Under the pieces are notes generated by a model. That model was not told the DNA's origin. It saw nothing but the letters and a program-made list of their open reading frames with translations, and did not search any database. A program made the position numbers and the translations under genes. Of a stretch of 64,000 nt of DNA, positions 22,029 to 37,500 are shown in pieces; position 1 is the first letter of the stretch, and each line of letters starts with the position of its first letter. This stretch comes from Lingula anatina (Eukaryota; Animalia; Brachiopoda): contig CM120641.1 of assembly GCA_051362555.1 (NCBI GenBank), positions 9,300,001 to 9,364,000 of the forward strand, read 5' to 3'.

Positions 22029-23883
22029 TTAAATACTGCTTAGATATTTGTTAACTAGGATATCAAAGTCTTGCTGGGTTGGTATTTCCTTCTCCAGGGC
22101 TTGGGCAGTACGTTGCAGTAACTCAGATATCTCAGTCCCCGTGTCACTAGCCACTATGGCAGCAGCTTCAACAAGGCCCCAGATATCAAAAGGCAAAAAC
22201 ACCAGGGCAATTATTCCACTGGCAGAATCTAAAACGCTTCTCGGGATCTGGACATCTATTGTCCGTAAAAACAGTTCGAGCAAATCTTCCCCGCCTGATG
22301 TGGCCACAGAGCGTCCAGTGTTGGTTACTGAACGAGTGCTCATCGCGGTCAGTTCCCCAGCGAGTTTCTGTGCGGTGATGACTGGTTTATAAAGAAGGTT
22401 TGAACCCACGAGGAATCCAATTCTACCCGTGTGTTGCATTGTAGATAATATTATACCTTTTCTGGAGACGTTGTGTGTCTGGAATTGTTGTTTGATTTTC
22501 ATTAGATCTTGTCTGCTTATGTGTTTCAAAGTCTCAAACAGTACCAATATGTCACGTAATGCATTGTGATCTTTTTGTAAGACCTTATTGGCCTTCGCTT
22601 GCGCTGAAGCTGAGAGAAAAGAGCGAGCGATGGTGCTGCCACTCACAGTTATCCCGCCACCTGCTCCTAATGCGGAACTGACCGCTAATAAAATTAGAGA
22701 TACCCCCGAGGTAAAGAATGAAGCGGCTATTCCCGCAGTGCCCAGCACTGCGGCAAATATTGAAGTGGAATGGCCCGTGATTCTGGCGACACTTAATCTT
22801 TGATGATGAAGGTGCAAATTTTTGGAAATGTCACGTAGTTCATGTACTGTAGCTATCCTGCATGCTTTCCAAGCACCAAAAGCAAACTGTAGTCTTTCTA
22901 CGAAGCACCTATAAAATATAAACGGGGTTTAAATATTTGCGCATATTATCTTGTGGCAATCATTATTTGTTAGTATAAATAATGTCGAATTAATATCTTT
23001 CAGAAGAAGGTCACTGACCTATGTCTAATCTAGGATAGAGGATCGATATCTTGGGTCATAGGTCTACTTTAAAATTGTTTTAAGTATGTAAGCATTACTG
23101 CAATTTTTTCGGTATAGCGGGTTGTTTAAAAATGCACTGTCCATCCAGCTTGATTCTTACTAGTAAGATGAGACAAATTATCATCTTTCCACTCAAATAT
23201 AAATGAGAATTGCAGGTTATCACTATGTATTAATTAGCATGCTGTATGTCAGCTAGTCTAATGAAAGGCTGAATTAACAATCCACACAGCCAAATGTACT
23301 TACAGGTTACTTACATCAAGCGTTCTCTAAAACGTAGACACACGTTCCACCAACCGTAGTTCCTTTCTGGTTCCTCGTAGACTGTCATTTCAACTGCGAA
23401 GGGGCAGTTTCCACTGGCTGGAATGGGACGCACGCTGCAATTTCTGTGGTTTTTGCGACGGTGTTCTAGAGCATTTTCCTCTTTAAACACTTCTCTTGCA
23501 TGAATTTGGCCATTTTTGTCCATTATTTCCGCCACATAGAATGAATTTTTCTTGTAATAGGCGGCACATAATTCCAGACGAAAAACCCAATCTGTATGAT
23601 CATCATGTGAAGCACTATCCACAGCGGTGCATTGACTCTCTTTCGATCTGCTTTGGTACTTCTTAACTACATATAGAATATTTCCCACATGTGCCCCATA
23701 ACTTGCATCTTGATATCCATGACCTTCTATGGCCTGGTGGACTTCTGTGCCGGGCAGTATGGAGGCAGTAATCTTAGGTCGCACACCTCTTATATGGTCG
23801 ATCGCGTAATCGCGTAAATGCAGTTCGTGTGGCGTTTGATTTTCGATTTTTACTGTAAATCCAGAAGTATGTCCAAGACCCAT
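22029..23883 (-). CDS. Apolipoprotein-L-like protein with an N-terminal actinoporin/aegerolysin-like domain, 2 exons: 23883-23315 and 22908-22029, 482 aa
   Basis: Donor TTGAT|gtaagt and acceptor ttttatag|GTGC join as AT|G in frame. Exon 2 reads CFVERLQFAFGAWKACRIATVHELRDISKNLHLHHQRLSVARITGHSTSIFAAVLGTAGIAASFFTSGVSLILL...GAGGGITVSGSTIA and ends VFLPFDIWGLV...ISELLQRTAQALE, an ApoL pattern. The exon-1 domain assignment is less certain. Confidence 0.8.
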
Positions 23884-24064
23884 TTTTGAACCGTCGTGCT
23901 CAGGGTTCTAAACACCGGCCTGACTTAAGTTTACTAGAATGTGGTTCTCGCACTCAAAGTTTAATATACATCGACCAGAGACACCAGATTTGGCAGATGT
24001 AAAACGAAAATTTCCCGAAGATCTATGTAATTTAGTGTGACTCGGTGGAGAGGCCGCAGATATG

Positions 24065-24260
24065 CTGTTTTTCCAAAGACGAGGCAGTATATATACCTCG
24101 GTGGAAAAACCTCCGTAGGTGTGATAAGAGGGGGGCGTCTGCATGTTTTACCAAGGCGAGGCAGTATATACGACTTCGTGCGAAAACTCACGTAGCTGTG
24201 ATAAAACGGGGGCGTCTCGATAGTCCAAAGGTTCATTGGTCCGAAGGTTCATTGGTTCAA
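24065..24260. repeat. Two ~78-bp direct repeats plus short (ccgaaggttcattggt)-type repeats just upstream of the ApoL-like gene
   Basis: gttt..ccaa.g.cgaggcagtatata...gtgataa...gggggcgtct twice, then aggttcattggt twice; probably transposon-end debris. Confidence 0.6.
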
Positions 24261-24604
24261 ATATTGTTTAAAAAAACACCACAATCTACATCTTTTCCCT
24301 GCAAGCGATCGCAGACGCGGACGGGAAGGAATAAGAAACGGGGGTCACCGTGGATGGGATCTAGCTGGAAAGGCCGAGGGAGGAAAGTTTATTAGTAATC
24401 ATTCAGTTTTAAAAACAGTGTCTTAGAACGTGTATGGTTTAAAGCATCATTTTCATGCAATAAAACGATTGTTAAATGATTGTTCAATAGCTTGTTCATT
24501 AAAAACTTCGACATCAAATGACAACCAGTATGGCCATTTTATGCCTAATTCCAAGCACTTCGGTAAGCATTCGCCACGTGCCAAACGTAAGGGAAGTCAG
24601 ATAG

Positions 24605-24639
<35 letters not shown>

Positions 24640-24830
24640 TGAAAGAAAACATTGTCAAGGGCATCACAAGAATTTACCTGTACGATGATTGTAACTTTGC
24701 AGTAACCCTTAAATGCGACAAAATTTATTTTGGATGGGAAAATGATCTGATTATTTGCTTTGCGTTTATCACCCTGAATGCTCCAAGTTTTATGGTGAAC
24801 GAGGACAACAAGATGGTATTGTGTTATTAA

Positions 24831-25526
24831 GGTTATTGTAACCCTTTATTTTCATCCAGATACCGAAATGAGTTTTTTCCTGCATCTTATTATTCAATAA
24901 TGTATCTACCTTTGTGCTGATTTAAAACAATGAAAAGGTTAATTAATTAATTAACATTTAAACATATATCATCTTACAGGAGACGTCGAAATTATGATTT
25001 TGAGGTAAAAACTAAAAAATCGGTTTCTCAAATTTCTCTTTAACCTGAACACCAACGATCACCACTTTAACGGCGATTTAATGGCACCATTTAGTAATCC
25101 AAAACACTGCCAGCGATTTTTCTTAAAAGTCTTAGTTAAGATTTTATAGTTGATAAAGCAAAATAATGCCTTTGTTTGGTGAAAATCTGTAGGGGCTCAT
25201 AACTCCATAACAAACACATTTAAACCGAAATGACGAGATCGTAGCCTATACTCTCATAGTGAACTGTGCTAATTTTTGTGTGAAGTTACGTCCCATACCT
25301 ATTGCATTTTCACCTCGAAATAGAAAGGTGTTAAATTGACGATTAAAGCTTTGAGTTGCCTTTGCTTATACATGGCAACGAAATAAATATAAACGGCGAT
25401 ATTTTATATTTTCGAGTTTTTTCATCGTTTTAAATCAACACAAAGATAGCTGATTATCGAATAATTAGATAAAGGAAAATAACTCATTTTCGGTATCTGG
25501 ATGATGATAATAAAGGGTTAATAACT
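24831..25526. mobile_element. Kolobok-like MITE related to 6485-7163, with long inverted ends
   Basis: ttaa|ggttattgtaaccctttatt ... aataaagggttaataact; 25000-25500 is the reverse complement of about 6500-7020, and the first ~120 bp match 6485-6590 directly. Confidence 0.75.
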
Positions 25527-25899
25527 TTCAATAAATTTTTATCAAGTATGATAAGCAAACATGATAGCTGATTGCATTGTAAGATGTCATTTTCGAGGCA
25601 ATGAAGTTTTAAAGAATTCACGAAGTTGTTGCTAGTTCTCTCGTTCGTTATTGTCTCGCTGTTACCATGGATATTTACCTACCAGGCCAGACCACTCGCA
25701 GACCCCAGGGTTTTATTGGAAGCATACGTAATACAGTTAGTTCGCAGTACAAAATTGTCCGCGACGATTGTTTCGCGCCGTATTTACAAAATGCGTAGGT
25801 GTCATTTTCGTATATATCCTTGAAGCTGTGTAAAGAACTCATAACTCCTCTTGAAACTTAAAAAGAATAAAGCTTTCAATTTGATGTAAACGCACAATA

Positions 25900-27195
25900 T
25901 AAAACAAGTATTTATTTTCGATCTAAGTCTTGTATCTACTGTCTGAATATACCACACGTGTTTTTCATTAAACACGAATGTATTGGGAAAATAATAAAAG
26001 AAGATGATTTAATGGAAAGTTTTCATAAGATTTTTGAAATAGGTGTATATTTACAAAATGAAATTGTTGGTTGTAGAAATTATCATAAATATGTACATCA
26101 AGTCACCAATAATATGATAAAGTCCCTTCGTAGTAAAATGTGCAACTCCTTGCAAGAACTGCCATGGTGGATTGAAGCTTTATAAATTTTAAAACAACTG
26201 AAGTACGAAGCTTTAAATGATCTCCAGTTAGAAAATTCAGACAGCATTTACTTGAATCTATAGACACAAAATTCTCTGTAAAGCAAGCAAAGAAAGGTGC
26301 ACGGGAAAGTGTAAATAGCAAATCAGAAATAGAACCCAAACAAGTTTTGGAAAACTGTTGCGGCTAAAGTTAACAAGGATAATAAAGGTTAAGATAAAGA
26401 GGCTAATATTAGCAAAATATTATATATATACATATCCATGCAGCTAACACCTTAACCTAAAGTTATATATAATGTGATGCAGAAGGCATTTTTTTTTATA
26501 TATGTATTTTGCTCAACCAGTATAAGGTATGAATGTCCAAATTTCCATAGCACATCTAGAGCACTTCCATGTAAGCTGCATTAGGTGAATGTAGCAGACA
26601 TCCATGGTTTACAACTCACTGTGTACGATATGTATAAAATTCTGGATTAAACTGGTGAAAGCCAATGTGAGCAGATACCTGAAAGTATGCTATAACATGC
26701 CGTTGAATTTAGATGAGACAGGGCGTTGAAATGGCTTACTTGAAACAATTGCAATACTTTGTAAATATGGTTTTGGACATGTGTGGTATAATCATGGCGC
26801 AGGGAAATGAAAGTAATTTTTTCGAATCTTCTAAGATCGATTCGACTGAGAGATTGCAATGTTCAAGAATGGAATGATAAATTACAAAACACCGCTCAAC
26901 TGAAATCATACCATATTTTCAAAACAGGGTTTCAGCTTGAAAAGCATTTAACGCTGATGATGCCTATAATATCAGAGTATGCGTATTTGCTTTCTCCAAA
27001 TTTCGCTGTTCTTATCTGCATACACCGGACACACTCATGATTGAGTAGGCCTACGGTAGACACAATTAAGACATTGTGTGATGTACGTATGTGGGTTAAG
27101 AGCAAAAACTGAATAGAGCCCAACTCATTTAATTACTTACATTCTCCACTCCGCTTGCTATTACTATTATTATTATTATAATTATTATTATTATA
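25900..27195 (+). mobile_element. Decayed non-LTR retrotransposon (LINE) remnant ending in (TAT)n
   Basis: Broken frames with LPWW, NPNKFWK, IKFWIKLVKANVSRYLKVCYNM, LCKYGFGHVWYNHG, QEWNDKLQNTAQLKSYHIFKTGFQLEKHL and SKFRCS, typical of LINE ORF2 regions around the RT; tattat tail at 27160-27195. Confidence 0.7.
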
Positions 27196-27244
27196 CAAGG
27201 AGTAACAGTCATTATTTCTGCTAAAACTGATGCGTACCGTGTAA

Positions 27245-27537
27245 TTACCTCCGCCAAGGAGGTTATGTTTTTGGTTCCGTTAGTTTGTCTGTCTGTTTGC
27301 AACATTACAGAAAAAGTTATGGACCGATTTTGATGAAATTTTCAGGAACTGTCAGAAGAAGGCCAAGTAACAGATGATTATTTTTGGTGGTGATCCGGAT
27401 TATTAATCAATCAATAATCAGTAATCAAAAATAAAAAAACTAAATCATTATAGAATGAAAATTTAGGGGTGAAACGGCATTGGGTGGAGACTTTGCTGCC
27501 TTGCGCGGAGGTCTGCGCCCTCGGAGTGCTTTTCTAG
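27245..27537 (+). mobile_element. Helentron-type non-autonomous element (HINE)
   Basis: 5' ttacctccgccaaggaggttatg, gtct microsatellite, sub-terminal inverted cttgcgcggaggt, 3' hairpin gcgccctcggagtgc and CTAG end followed by tt. Confidence 0.8.
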
Positions 27538-28031
27538 TTGGAACTTTTTGGAATAATTAAATCTGTTCGTCCTTGGTCTGTTATCAATCTAAAAAAATTA
27601 AACAAAATCTCTAAAATTGTGGCCTCCACAAATGTGATCACAAACAAACGCACATACCAGCAGACCAATAGACGTGCAGAAGTGTTTTCGCAAGTAAGGC
27701 CCTTTTCATTCGGAGAAGCTATAGAATGAAAGCTTCATTTAGTGCAATGGCTCATAGATGGCAGTTTGTATCAAGATAAGATTCTAAATGTTAAATTAAC
27801 TGAAAAGAGAGTTTCAAGTTCTACTATATACATTTTTAAACTTATCATTTACTTAAAATGCTCTTATGGTAATTTAGGCTCGAGTAGCAATTTCAACATA
27901 AAATCAATTTTAGACTATGCGGTGAAGCTTGTCTTGGTTTAAGACACCCTATTTACGAAGCAAACCAAAATAAAAGTCTCTTTCTTGGCTGATACGCCTA
28001 ATCTGTATGTGGAATTATTGTGTTTAGGAAT

Positions 28032-30034
<2,003 letters not shown>

Positions 30035-30756
30035 AGTCTCAAGATGAAGATTGACTTGGACCGAGAACAAGAAATGAGTTACTATTAGCTGCTGAAAATG
30101 AGAAATGTACACAGAAAACAGAAATACAGAGGATGCTCAGGCTTCTTTTTAAACTCATGATATTTCTGTGACCTCATCTTAATGTCTTCTGTGGGAAGGA
30201 AGGGTCATCCACTGCAACTGATCACTGTGCAGAGACCAAACACCAGAATCATTTGTGGTTTATATGGTGAGCAATAGGAGGGCAAACCCCCAAGGTAACG
30301 AAGTTTTGATTAAAGTGCACCAAAAACATCCTCGGGCATGCTCTAAATGACCACTTAATAATCTTACCCACAGCAACTTTGATGACATTTTCATCATCTC
30401 CCCTGTGTAGAATCATCTTGAAGGAGTTTAATTGAAATACTTTTATGAACCAAACCAGTTACAATTGCCCTGTGTACAGAGTCTAACTCAGTAACCAAGA
30501 AAGGAAGTGAGACATTGCCCAAACGATTTCAGTGGTGTTGAATTTTAATTCTTAAAACAGGAAAACAATGTGAGCTCAAGCTGTCAGAATATTCTGAGAA
30601 AAAAAAAACAGCCAATTACACCAGTTCTTAATGTATAAAAGTAAAAGCACAAGCAGGAATATTAAATATGACATTTTGTGGATAATTGGACTGTGGCTTG
30701 AGGTTGAAAAGTGAAGGGAGAGGGCCTGGCCATCGCTCTTGACCTCTATAAGAACA

Positions 30757-31040
30757 GGTTCCCATGCTTAGATCAATCCTGGTGGATCGATCTAAATCCA
30801 TGGGCATTCGGGCTAAATCACTGTCAACTTCAGTGGCTTTTATGTCTGTAACGCCTATCGAATCAGCTAGGGGGTAATTAACTTTCGTGCTAGCTCAGCT
30901 TCCAGTAGTTTATTACCCCCTAACAGCTTTAGCAGACGTGACAGACATTTAGGTCGTTTAAAAAGTTGATAAGAATTAATGAGAATCCCCTTCGAGAGAG
31001 ATCGATCCAAAGTTAGTACAATATCTCTGGGAATGGTCCG
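30757..31040. mobile_element. Old diverged palindromic MITE related to 50270-51201, downstream of the LRRC57 stop
   Basis: Shares tagatcaatc..g.ggatcga, atgtctg..acgccta, taggggtaat and agctttag.ag.cgtg.cagacat with the element at 50270-51201. Confidence 0.5.
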
Positions 31041-34000
31041 TAGAACATAAAAATCTTGAGAGACAAGTGTCACATCTGTTTCTATTAAACCACAACAGTT
31101 GATTATTACGACTAAATTTTAAGTACAGTTGGCATGTATTTATTAAAATAACACTATTACCTATGACAGAATTTAGATTGACATTTTCTTATTGTTACTT
31201 TGTGTACTTTACGTATACAAGTGATTTTATTAAAATATTCTTGTCCAGTTTCTACTGTCCATAAGTGAATGTTGTGTTATATGTAGAAGTTGTACATATA
31301 CATGTAGCAGTAAGACTGTGGTGTCTGGACTCAGGTAATGGAAGAAGTTTCACCAAGGCTAGGCAGTTGCCAAGTGTCATTCGTGATACCCATCAGGGTG
31401 TGAATTAGTCAGTTTTCCAGAGATCAAAGATTTTTAATATAAGCATGGATTACTTTTGCAATTCAATGTATTTAAATACAATTTCAAGTGCAGTGTAAGA
31501 ATGACGTTTGTGTTTAGCTTTCTTGTTTGCTGCTATTCAAAACCACATTATGTTAATAAAGACAGTCATATCTACTTGCTACTAAATACTTACTTAAAGA
31601 GAAATGTATTTGCAATTATTTTTCACATGAAAGTTTGACTAATTATGGCATTGTGTAATTCTCTTCATTTTAACTAAAATTTGAACTTTGTAAGATTTTT
31701 TTTTTTTTTTTTTTTGTCAGAGCATGGACAAAATTGTGAAATTCATAATTTTGTCCATGGCAAAGAGATCTCTTTTCATCTCTTTGGTAAGTGGCATTAT
31801 CATTATGGGTTCAGATCAATGGGCAGAGGGTGGGTGGTTCAATGGGCTTACAGTGTTAAAACAGATCACACCCTCATTCCAATCCACTGGATTAAAGCCA
31901 AACAACCAAGTGTAAATCATTCATAATAGACACAGTAATATTTTTTCAACTAAATTTTTATTGAAAATTTACACAAAGACATTTGCACAATAATTTCTAA
32001 AATACTCAGAAAGTACTTAGAAACAGAGGAAAAGTGGAATGCCTCCTTAGTGGAATCTGTGAAATATAAGAACATCTGACATACTTTTTGACATGTTATA
32101 AAAATTCAGAATAATGAATACAGAATAAATCAACAATTGATACAAATATATATACTTGTATGTCATTCTGTAATAATTAACAAAGAAATCAATGATAAAA
32201 TTGACATTCTTTTGGGACAGTCAAGAAAAAACTTTTTCCACCAGAAATGGCCATACGGCTTTCAAACAATATCTGACAAAATCCCCCTTTTTTTTCAAAT
32301 TGAGAATTATGTCTACAAAGATCACTTTTAGACTAAGACTGTGTTCAGATTCAAACGTCATACCAGCTAAATTGATCCAACTCTGAGGGGGATTCTAACT
32401 AAATTTCATTCAGTGTAATCAGTTTAATTGTCTGAAGTGCCTCCTTACTTGCACTTGAGGAGGCTTCCCAGACATTTAAGACAATGATAGTCGTTGCAGT
32501 TAGGGAGAATCTCCTGTAGAGTTGGACTGATCTAACTTGCATGATGCGTTTATCTAAACGCTCCCTAAGAGTAATGCAATGCTATCTTTTTGTTTGCAGA
32601 TGGATAATTTAAGGCCTTGGACAACAATTCACACAGTTTTAAAACTTGTCTTACTGAGGCCCTTTTACTTATAAATAGAGAGAAAATTAGAAAGAATTCT
32701 GTACCAGAACATACATATGGTAATAAATCAAATGCAAGTTTCTGTCAGCACTCAGTCACAGCAGTGTAGGTATGTTTTATCTGAATGAACACAACCTAGA
32801 GATTTGTTCCAATAAAATTGATTTTTTTTGTATATCTTGAAGAATCTTAAGCAGTTATGATGCACTGCATAGTTGAAATAAAACCAGCTACATGATTTGT
32901 GGAGGATTGGATGGTATCTGGAGGTCCAGTCCATTGCACAGAACACTGACTAGTTTAATTCCTTTCTAATAACCTATATAATGGTGACAAATGATCAATA
33001 TACAACATGACTTACACTTAATTTGGATATTTTGCTTGAAGACTATTACAGACAGTTAAGTTGGAGGTGAATAAAAGTGTAATATACATTTATAGTCTGG
33101 CTACACCAGACAGAATCCCACCGATGCCTTCAAATGCCTGCAAAGTATTACAATTGTGGAGAATACCATATAGAGCATCAATTTACACCATAATTATTAC
33201 AACTAAAAAGGTTGTCCTAAGAACATTGGTTTTTCTCACACACCACACACTCTACAGAGGACCTATATCCCCTTTGATCTTGGTATGAAAGAATTTTTTT
33301 TACAATATACAAATGCTGTTGAATTTAACAAATGTGTTATCACTGACTAAATGCCCAGTTGATTTGATTGATCCTGTTCTTAGAATTGGGAATTAAAAAC
33401 TTTGAATAATGACTGCATCATTGCCAGGGTGTAACAAGTCAACTCCACAAACATACAGAAAGCAATGTGGTGCAATACACCCTATTTTACATCAGCCAGA
33501 TTAAAGGATCAATTATTCTCTGGGCTTCAAAGAGCTAATTTTGACTGAATTTACAAAATTTTCTGTCAGGGAAATCAAGGTGCACAATATTATGTACGCA
33601 CCCTTAAGTGCATCATTTTACATGAAAGGCTTAATGACAGAATTTTTAGTAATCACCCAAACAATAAATTGCTTAATAAGAATACAGATATTATATGAAC
33701 AAGATAAAAGTCAAAACTCTAAAATAACTACACATTTCTGTTTCCTCTAGATTCTAGTGCACCAGCATTTATTACTTTGAGCAAATTAAATGTAACTGAA
33801 GTAACAAAACAGAAACAAAATTCAACAATATGAAATTCAGACAGACTTTGTGAAAAGCATGTTAAAAATGAAGAAAGAAATACACAAGCATGCAATAAGT
33901 GAGTTACCAGATGGAATTGTTTGATTATTTTACCAATGAATAATAAAAATGTTCATGAAAATGTTTTTGAACTGAATAGCTTGAAAGAGCCTATAGAGGC

Positions 34001-34507
34001 TAAAACTTTTAATATGATTTTTTAATTTTTTTTTTTTTTTTTTGAAATACACATACATACACACATATTCGTATATATCCTTAATCTAATCTCCCTAAAA
34101 GAATTGCACAAAGTTCCAGAAGCCATGTCATGATCACTTTGTAAAAGGAAAATATATTTGGATGCCTTTGAACTTCACATCAATACTGTGAAAAATTCCT
34201 CCATCCCATTCATCTAAGAAAGCATGTTTTAGTGTTTATTCAACCTTTGACAAAGAAAAAAAACTTTTTTTTTTTTGAGGACAGTCAACACATCAGTCAT
34301 AGCTTTAATACACAAAGTAAATTTGAAATAGCAGTCCCTCTCCTTTGGATTATTGAAATATGTTTAGTTCACATCACCTAATTTAACAATTTGAGATTGT
34401 CCATTGTGGTATATAATTACATAATTTGAATACTACCAGAATATCAAAACTGATCATGGAGACTGTGGGGGTCCAGACTTGCAAGCCTGCAGCACAGTGA
34501 TGATGGA

Positions 34508-34573
34508 CTAGTTTTTGAGAAGTTTGTTAGCCCTCTTGTTGGCCTCATTGATACGCACTTCATTAGAGGTGGC
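34508..34573 (-). CDS. SNAP25: SNAP-25 alternative last exon 3 (...KLLKN*), probably followed by a long 3' UTR
   Basis: tttttcag|GCCACC...CTCAAAAACTAG; candidate distal AATAAA on the minus strand at 31957-31962. Confidence 0.85.
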   Translation of the reverse strand, partial: ATSNEVRINEANKRANKLLKN

Positions 34574-37500
34574 CTGAAAAAACAGCACCCAAATAAAGAT
34601 GTGCAATGCAATAATCAAACTAAAAAAATTGCAGACCATGCCACTGCAAACCAGGAAATGAGAATTCTATTTAGATGGCTATCTTCATGACTTAACAGTA
34701 TCATGTAAATAAAAAGAAAAACAATAAAACAGGACAGAAAATGCAAAACAAGCAACAACTGCTGCAAATAAGAGATAGAATTCCATCGCCGAAAAGCTGC
34801 AATCTTTCCATAATGCAGTCCCATGGTGACTAAGAAAGACCACTAAAAATGACTAAACTATAAAAAGATGCTATGAAAGAAAATGTTGTAAGTTGCAAAT
34901 AATGATTTTTGACAGACAATGCTGATGCTGCCACTTCCCCTCCTTCCTCCTCCATTGTAAAGCACAATGGAAATGTTCCAATGGAACTTGAAATGTTAGT
35001 CACAAGCAACTCTTGCTGCAAACAAAATGAATGCTGTTGCTGCTTCAATGTATCCATGGTGTTATTGTCTCTATTGTGTAAATAGTCATTGTGAACCTGC
35101 ATGAAGAGAACTCCACCATTCATCATGACTAACCAAGAAGTTTGTTAGCCCTCTTGTTGGCTTCATTGATACGCACTTCATTTGAGGTGGCCTAAAAAAT
35201 AGGACCCAAGAAAGATGTGCAATGGTCTAACTACTAGTAACATCTACCTATAACACGTACATTGCCCTCAATCATGGGCATTATGCCTGGGCAAAACTCC
35301 ACATAGTGTGAAAAATAACCTAAACAAAAAAAGTTTCATTCTCTGTTAAACTGAAATCATGCAACAAAACTTTAAATTAATAATGAAATAAAGCTGCAAA
35401 TTGCTGCAAACAAGAAGAAATTATTTGATGAAATAATGAATGCAAGCTTTCTTGGTGCAGTTCTTACTGCACACTATGAAATTAAAGAGCGATCACACAT
35501 CCTGATTGCAATCTCTTCTGCAGTTTATTTCTGAACCTGCATATAAGAGAATTCCACCAGTCATCATGACTAAAGAAGTTTGTTAGCCCTCTTGTTTGCT
35601 TCATTGATACGGACTTCATTTGAGGTGGCCTAAAATAACAAGGAAAACAGAGGTTTTTATTACGGCAGCTGTGACCGGATTTCTTGACCCTCAACTAAAT
35701 TAACATTTCTTTTTAAGAGATATAATGATACAAATTCCAGAACAATAACAAGTTAACAACAATAACATTCTCTGGTTAAACATGTCACAATAAACATAAT
35801 TTACCTGTTTAAAAATCATAAATGTATGACCAATGAGCCTACAGGTCATTAAGTGAAGTGTGAGCCCAGGGTAAGGTTGATAAATAAGATTGTATATGGC
35901 ATGCTGGGCATTATGTCTGGATCATTTTATTCTAAAATTATTATATATAGAATATTATTCTATTCACAGGACCTACAAAATATGATTAACTGGGAGTATT
36001 TAAGGTTATCTAAGTCTCTGGAGAAAACCAATTTGGAATACATATTTTTTCTGATGGGAAGATGAATCCAAAATTAACTTTCGACACAAGAGATATGCAA
36101 TAATTTAATTTAGGTGTTTTATTTTTTGTTGCCACTGATGTATTGCCAACTGACTTACATGACTCAGACTTCACTATAATCAAATCTGTTTCAACACTGT
36201 ATGATATAGTGTAATCCTTAAATGCCTACTTCAATCCGAAGCACAAATATCACAGCAACAGATGCAACAAAAAACGTCTCAGCCAATTATTATGAAATTA
36301 TTAGGCAAAATAATTTAATCATCATCTGCTGTCACACTTTAAGTCGATAAATATCAAACATAAACACGCCATTAATCAAGTGCTTTGACCAGCACTGCAC
36401 TAATGCAGTACAAATATCAAGTCAAGCAGAGGTATCTTTACTCAATCAATGAAGACAGGAACCATAAACTAATGTTCCCCTGTGGATAACAAAGCTATGA
36501 GAAACAGAAATGCCATTATTCATTATCATGAATCTGTTGTTAACAATTTTGATAGAATATGTTAAACATGCGGAAACCTATAAATGAATTATGACAAATA
36601 AATTGTATCTAGTAAATTTCTAGACACAGTATTTTAAACATAATTCACAAAGCCCACATACTGGTGCTAAGGAAAGTTTACAGAAGACCAACAAATTACT
36701 GAAACAAAATATCTGGGATAGGTGATATTAAAATCAACTTTTAATTTTCATAGCATAACTCAGTTCTCTTTTTTCAAATCTTATTGAAATTATTAAAAAG
36801 TATTAAAAATTAATTAATTCCAAAACAAATGACAAACCATGTCTCATTCTTCTGTGAGGTATCAACCATGGATGAGAATAAAATCTTGAAAAGAGTTTAA
36901 AGACCCTCACCTTCTGATTGATTCTGTCCACCTGTCTGTTCTGGTTGTCAATTTCATTGCCCATATCATAGGCCATGTTCTTCAGGTTACCAATCATGCC
37001 TGCAACCTCTGAGATGTTCTGTTCCATCTCATCCTCTCTTGCATCTTTGGTTATTCTAAATACATAAAATAAAAGAGGATTTGTATGATTGTGTGGATAA
37101 AATAATGCCATAGACAAATCAAACTAAATCTAATAAGCTTAAATGCATGGTACAGTACATTTAATGGAAAATTGATTTCAAGTTGTGATTTGGAAATGTT
37201 TTACTTCTTTAATTAATTTCTCCCAATTTCATTCTTATTGATAGGAGCTCTTACATACAAGTTACCAGCTGTATCCTCCATGCTTTATTACAGCAGAAGA
37301 CCGTGAACTCAAAAAGTTACTTAAATTAGGTATATAGTAGAACTCAAACACTACTATATAACTCCCCATTACACTGTTCTTCAGCTTGAATCATTTATCT
37401 ATACACATATAAGTGTTTAAAATGCTAATGTATTAGATACTTTACATGAAGCCAAATAGAAGATCAAAATTGCCGATGACTATGTATGAGTTGGCATGCA

